This document shows positions 58,134 through 64,000 of a stretch of DNA of 64,000 nucleotides, one piece after another. Both the position numbers and the translations under genes were made by a program. The first letter of the stretch is position 1; each line of letters opens with the position of its first letter. The notes beneath the pieces were generated by a model. That model was given only the letters and a program-made list of their open reading frames with translations. It did not search any database and was not told the origin of the DNA. The stretch spans positions 876,410 through 940,409 of the forward strand of contig JAWQFM010000023.1 of the NCBI GenBank assembly GCA_033442325.1, given 5' to 3'. This DNA is from Salpingoeca rosetta (lineage: Eukaryota > Protista > Choanoflagellata).

Positions 58134-58565
58134 NNNNNNNNNNNNNNNNNNNNNNNNNNNNNNNNNNNNNNNNNNNNNNNNNNNNNNNNNNNNNNNNNNN
58201 NNNNNNNNNNNNNNNNNNNNNNNNNNNNNNNNNNNNNNNNNNNNNNNNNNNNNNNNNNNNNNNNNNNNNNNNNNNNNNNNNNNNNNNNNNNNNNNNNNNN
58301 NNNNNNNNNNNNNNNNNNNNNNNNNNNNNNNNNNNNNNNNNNNNNNNNNNNNNNNNNNNNNNNNNNNNNNNNNNNNNNNNNNNNNNNNNNNNNNNNNNNN
58401 NNNNNNNNNNNNNNNNNNNNNNNNNNNNNNNNNNNNNNNNNNNNNNNNNNNNNNNNNNNNNNNNNNNNNNNNNNNNNNNNNNNNNNNNNNNNNNNNNNNN
58501 NNNNNNNNNNNNNNNNNNNNNNNNNNNNNNNNNNNNNNNNNNNNNNNNNNNNNNNNNNNNNNNNN

Positions 58566-58650
<85 letters not shown>

Positions 58651-59807
58651 ACCACACACACACACACACACACACGTACACCCACATAAACACACACACA
58701 CATACGCAGATACGTACACAACGAGTCAACTGCACCTGGGGTGTGGCCTTGGTAGCCTGGATGTTATCGAATCCTGTCTGCGTGGACGTGATCAGCCACG
58801 CGCGCAGACGGTCCAAGAGTGATAGCTGCTCATCTTCAGACACGAGCACAGTTGACGACGATGATGATGCCGTCGTAGTTGAGGTGGCGGGTACCCTTGT
58901 CTGGCGCAGTGCTGCCCTCCATCGCGCTGGGGCTGAGCTGCCAGGTTGCCGGCCACCGCGTGCCCCAAACGGCAGCTGTTCCTGCGTACGCCGCTGGCGC
59001 TGTGCGCGCAGCTCCTCAATCTTGGACTGGCACGCGCTGTGGTCCAGCAGGTCATCGCGATCCACGATTGTGGAGATGGTAGTGTTCTGCGGTGGGTCCA
59101 TGTGGCGCACGACGTCGCGGTAGTGGCGCTCACGCGGCGTCAATGCTGCCTCATCCTTGCGCCTCAACCGACGAAAGTGCTCAAACTCTGCTCGGCTGAA
59201 CAGCTTTTGCTGCCATGCGATAGTCACCTCCGTAAACTCGCTCTCATCGTCTGATCCCATCCGATTGCACAGCAAGGACGAGTGTCGGACGCATGAGGTG
59301 GTGGGCAGGAAGCGGGTACAAGCGGGGCGGGGGCGGGGCAAGAATGGGGTCAGAGAAGGACGGCCAGACAAACAGACAGACAGAAGACACAAACAGACAG
59401 ACAGATAGACAGGCAGGAAGACATGCAGATAGACAGAAAGACAAACACAGACACACAGACACACACATACAGCACATACACAGCACAGACACACAGACAC
59501 ACACACAGACACAGACACAGACACACAGATACACAGCACATATACAGACACAGGCACACAGATACACAGCACAGACACACACACACAGCACAGACACACA
59601 CAGCACAGACACACACACACACAGACACAGACACACACAGACACACACACACACACAGACACAGACACACACACACATCAACGACCAACCGTTGTCGAGG
59701 GCAAGCACATCATCGATGCGTCGGTAGCGGAGGCAAATGCGCAGGTTCTTCACAGAGTCTGGCGTGCGATAGCACCCCACCTGCCCCGCATCCAGCGCGC
59801 TGCTCAT
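55971..59807 (-). CDS. MKS1: Meckel syndrome type 1 B9-domain protein (partial; one exon displaced, 3' end in gap)
   Basis: [12 protein letters not shown]; [11 protein letters not shown]; GRLSVAPDF; B9 domain [49 protein letters not shown]. Confidence 0.9.
58134..58565. other. Assembly gap (432 N) inside MKS1
   Basis: N run flanked by (GA)n and (CA)n. Confidence 1.
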
Positions 59808-60049
59808 CGTTCCAAGTCATCAACGTCCACAACGGTCGAAAAACAATGGAAACCATTCACCAATCGCCAAGACTTGCAACTGTGGTGTTGGCTGTTGTTG
59901 CTGTGTTTGAGCACCGCTTCTCGTTTTCTCGTCATCGTCTCGCTTGTGTCTCTGCGCCTCCCCTCTCTTTCTTTGCCTCTTCCTCTCGTCTACCGTTCAC
60001 CTCGCTCGGTGTGTGTGTGTGTGTGTGAGTGGCTTCACAACAATACGCC

Positions 60050-61503
60050 ATGCCACCCAAGTTTCGCCGTGTGGGCATGGTGGACGACCCCAACGAAGCT
60101 GCCCGGAGGTTGGTGTGCGTGTGTTCTTGTCGCAGTTGAATCTGTGCGTGTGCCTGTGCGTGCTTGTATCCATGCATGCTTGTGCTTGTGCTTGTGCATG
60201 AGCCTGTACCTGCGTTCACGACGCCGTTGTGCTGCTCCTCCGTGTTGCCACCGTCGTCATCCTCCCTAGCGTGCTCATCTTGCTTGCCGGCAATTGAGCC
60301 GTGTACGCTGCATCCAGGTCACTGTTGGATGACGATTCGGATGAGGACATCTTCGATATCCACGATCACACTCGAGGCGCGTCATCAAGGCGAGGCGCTC
60401 AGCCAGCGGGACACGATGACACGGCGCTAAGAACGTGAGAACCTGTCATTCATGTGTGTGTGTGTGCGGGTGCGTGTGCACGTGTGCACATATGCACGTG
60501 TGCACATATGCACGTGTAGGCATTGCGTGTATGAGCTTGTGTGTGTGTGCGTGTGTGCGTGCGTGTATGAGCTTGTGTGCGTGTGCGTGTGCGTGTGCGT
60601 GTTTTGTTTGCATGAACCCTTTGAGAGGTAACCTTCAACATGTCTCGTGCTCACAGCGCTGCCAAACGCACGCCTCCGTCGTATTGACATTACGTCATTG
60701 TTTGTTTTTCTTCTCGACCAGTGCACAACGAGAGGTAGATGAGGCTGTGGATGTGATGAAGCAGAACATCGGCAAAGTGCTGGAACGCGGCGGCAAACTT
60801 GACGACTTGGAAGACAAGTGAGCGGCACCATGTGGCTCGTGCGTGTTGTATGCGCATGTGTGTACTCATGTGTGCACATGTGTGTACTCATGTGTGTGTT
60901 CGCATTGCATGGTGTGTTTGCATTGGACGGATGCGTGTGTTGAAAGTCGGCGTGCCGTGATACCAGCGCTCGATTTCGTCAACCACTCCAATTGACATGC
61001 CTTTACAATGTCATTGCTGCCGTGTGTGTTGCCACTGTAAGATCGGAGGTGCTGATGCAGGGGTCGTTTGCCTTCCAGCGAGGATCGCGGAGACTAACAC
61101 GCGAACTCTGGTGGAAGCGAACGCGGGTAAGGCGGAGCTTGAGAGAAGGAAGAGAAGGGGGGGAATGCGTATGTGCGTTTGTTCGTGTATGTGTGTGTGT
61201 ATTTGTGCGTGTGGTTGTGTGTGTGTGTTTGTGGTTGTGTGGTTGTGTGTGTGTATTTGTGTGTGTGTGTGGTTGTGTGCATATGTGTTTGCGTGGTTGT
61301 GTGTGTTTATTTGTGTATGTGTCTCTTATCATCGATGTAGTAGTTGCAGTAGTTGTCCTGGGTGTACACGTCATCGTCTTTCATAGTCAGCTGTGCACAT
61401 TTCTTTCCTCTGCTCACGTGCGATTACACCGTATCTCTTTCACTTTCAGGCGCGAATCATCATCGGTCTCATCGTCGCCGCCATTCTCGCCATCATCATC
61501 TGT

Positions 61504-61554
<51 letters not shown>

Positions 61555-62255
61555 GAGCAAGCGGGAGACAATCGAAAAATCTCCATAGCTGGTTCATATA
61601 GCAACCAGCAGCACACGTTGAAGCAGCAGCACGGTGTGATGATTGGTGTTCGACTTTACAATCAGTGTACAGAGCACAACAGGAGCTGCGTCGGTGGCAC
61701 CATCATCATCATCACCGCTGTCTTCGCTGTCATCATCTTCACCATCATCATCACCATCATCACTACTGTCTCCACCACGTTGCCGACGACGACGACGACG
61801 ACGACGACTTCTTCGCTGATGTCTCCTGTCTTCGCTCGCATTCAATACAACTTGCATGACCTGCGCACCAAGCCGAGGCAGGCAATGAGAGGTGAGAACG
61901 GTTTGACAGCGAAGGCAAGCGTCAATCCAGGAAAACGCGAGGCGAAGATGTGGGCCGTGGCGGATGTAACCAGGACGCAGCAGCTCAAACGCAATGACAG
62001 GCCGACGGGCAGAACTATCATGCATGCAGACACAAGAGAGACATGATACGGACACAGGCACAAATGGACACACACACACACACACAGAGGCAGCCACAAG
62101 CACACACACAGACACACAGACACACACACACACATNNNNNNNNNNNNNNNNNNNNNNNNNNNNNNNNNNNNNNNNNNNNNNNNNNNNNNNNNNNNNNNNN
62201 NNNNNNNNNNNNNNNNNNNNNNNNNNNNNNNNNNNGTGTGTGTCGTGTGTGTGTG

Positions 62256-62293
<38 letters not shown>

Positions 62294-62417
62294 ATGCGTG
62301 CGTGTGCGTGTGTGCGTGTGCGCTGTTTCCATCATCGCACGCCCGGTCTCCACCTCACGTTGCTGCATGCATATTCGCACTTTTGCAGTGGTGTTTGTGC
62401 TGAAAAAGAAGAAGTAG
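60050..62417 (+). CDS. VAMP4: R-SNARE VAMP4
   Basis: MPPKFRR..RRSLLDDDSDEDIF (VAMP4 dileucine and acidic cluster); VDEAVDVMKQNIGKVLERGGKLDDLEDKSE..LWWK; C-terminal TM ending LVFVLKKKK. Confidence 0.92.
61660..61860 (-). CDS. MKS1: Orphan 201-nt exon of MKS1 lying inside a VAMP4 intron
   Basis: cag|GTCATGCAA...ACACTGATT|gtaaag, phase 0-0. Encodes VMQVVLNAS...APVVLCTLI, matching MKS1 QTMYIMADL...HVLCTL. Confidence 0.78.
62136..62235. other. Assembly gap (100 N)
   Basis: N run. Confidence 1.
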
Positions 62418-63089
62418 TAGTGGTAGCAACTCAAGGAACGAGAGGGGAGAGCATACGTGAGCAGCAACCAATCCAGCTCTACAATCATCATCAAATCACC
62501 ACCACCAACAACGACAACAACGACAACAACAACAACAACAACCACAACAGTTTCGGATTAGAATCAGGGGCGCAACAGCACCACATTGCGTGTTTGCTTG
62601 GAGGCCCAGCAGTGCCAGTGCCACGCAACAGGGACAAGCAGTGTGTCTGCCTGCATATTCACCATGCAGCTGGCTGTACCAGCAAGCAAGCGAGCGGAGA
62701 GGATGGGAGAAGTGGGGTTGCGAACATGCGTAGTTCATTGCGTTCAGTCATACACCATGTTCATGCGCGATTGTGTGGGCGTTTGTTATTTGTGTGTTTC
62801 CGAGTTACGATGCAACACAACCGTTCATGTGCACACAGAAGAAGAAGACCAGCACGCAAATGGGGACTGGGAGCCAAAGATGACGAGAATTGGCAGCACT
62901 GCACACGCGCGATGCACAGTTGTTCAGGCACAACACACACAGGGACTGGCGACCAACACGAGCAATACTCGAAGAAGCGCCAGCATCAATCAGCAGCATC
63001 AGCATGTGTTTGTGTGAATGTATGCAAATGCGCATGTGCGTGTGTGCATATGTGTGTGTGTGTGCGCGTGAGTGAGTGTGTGTGTGTGA

Positions 63090-63821
63090 TCACGACGACT
63101 CCATGAGCATGGTGATGGTCATCCAGTGCTCGTCTTGCGTCCACGCCGCCGCCGCAGACTCGTCGCCATCGCGGACAGCGCGCAGCAGCGACGGCAGTGA
63201 CTCCTGACCCAGCAGACGACCACAATTGGCGATTTGGGGAGAGGGGGGGGGGAGAGGAAGGATGTATGGGTGTGTTTTGGTGAGTGAGTGGGTGGGTGAG
63301 CGAGACTGTATGTGCGTGTGTGTGAGTGTGATTCTGCGTACGAGCGTTCCTGTGGTCAATGGCGAAGCACACGCGTGTGCATGTGCATGTGCATGTGCAT
63401 GTGCGTGTGCATGCGCGTGTGCATGTGCGCGGTGCAGGATGCCTCACCTTGAGGGAGACGAACATGTCATCGGTCATGAGGTACACCAGCAGATGGAAGT
63501 CGGACACCTGTGTATCGCCAGCACCACGGCATGAAGGACGGGTGGAAGAACGGAGCATGTGAGTAGTGAGGAGGGCGTGGATCAATCAAGCAGACACACA
63601 AACACACAAAACAGACACACAGACACACACAAACAGACACAGACACACACATAGACACACATAGACACACAAACACAATCACACAAGGCGACCTTTTGCA
63701 GGAAGGATTTTGAAGTGTCCTGGAGGTGCTGCTTGAGGGCAGAGAGGGAGGCAGGGGCACCAAGCGCCTCGCGATTCTCAATGGGGAACGAAACGCTAAA
63801 CGTGGTGGACGTCGCGTCCAT
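63090..63821 (-). CDS. NPLOC4: NPL4 (p97/Cdc48 cofactor), last three exons; 5' part lies outside the window
   Basis: FPIENREALG..FLQKVSDFHLLVYL..LLRAVRDGDE..WTQDEHWMTI matches the NPL4 C-terminus. Confidence 0.9.
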
Positions 63822-64000
63822 CTAAACGAAATGTACAGCAGGGTAAACAAGAGCAGCGGAAGTGAACAAGACAGAGAGGGGTCATCGGCGCAGCAAAACA
63901 CAGAGCAATACACAGAGCAAGTGTGAGAACTTCATCACGAACCACCTCCACCACCACTTGGTAATCATCTCAATTGCCGCCACCACACACAATAACCGCC

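Noticed and set aside
59840-59880. RFX X-box upstream of MKS1
   Set aside because: Only a half-site (GTTTCCAT on the minus strand); too short to support.

Overview
Eukaryotic, GC-rich, intron-rich DNA with (TG)n/(CA)n microsatellites in most introns and four N-gaps. Gene content and style point to a choanoflagellate (Salpingoeca rosetta-like; inference). Most of the supplied ORF track is microsatellite noise, so I built gene models by hand from GT-AG junctions. I find 16 genes: a secreted dermatopontin-repeat protein (runs off the left edge), SKA3, an unknown secreted protein, a MOSMO/LHFPL-like tetraspan, PEX10, TMEM17-like, a BET bromodomain protein, mL46, a RUN-coiled-coil-FYVE (FYCO1-like) protein, a large Tyr/Pro-motif scaffold with a C-terminal SAM domain, a secreted CocE/NonD hydrolase, COX20, Citron kinase, a membrane-anchored uroporphyrinogen-III methyltransferase, MKS1 and VAMP4, plus the 3' end of NPL4. 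All family assignments come from recalled motifs, not database searches. Best leads: (1) the scaffold alternates nine acidic Y-x-N motifs with six PSLPPR motifs, a possible one-chain Grb2-type multivalent hub; (2) many introns have (GU)n near the donor and (CA)n near acceptors lacking a pyrimidine tract, suggesting structure-assisted splicing; (3) an MKS1 exon lies out of order inside a VAMP4 intron (probably misassembly); (4) two short tandem duplications frameshift conserved exons; (5) SKA3 and Citron share a CGCG/TTCAAA promoter motif.
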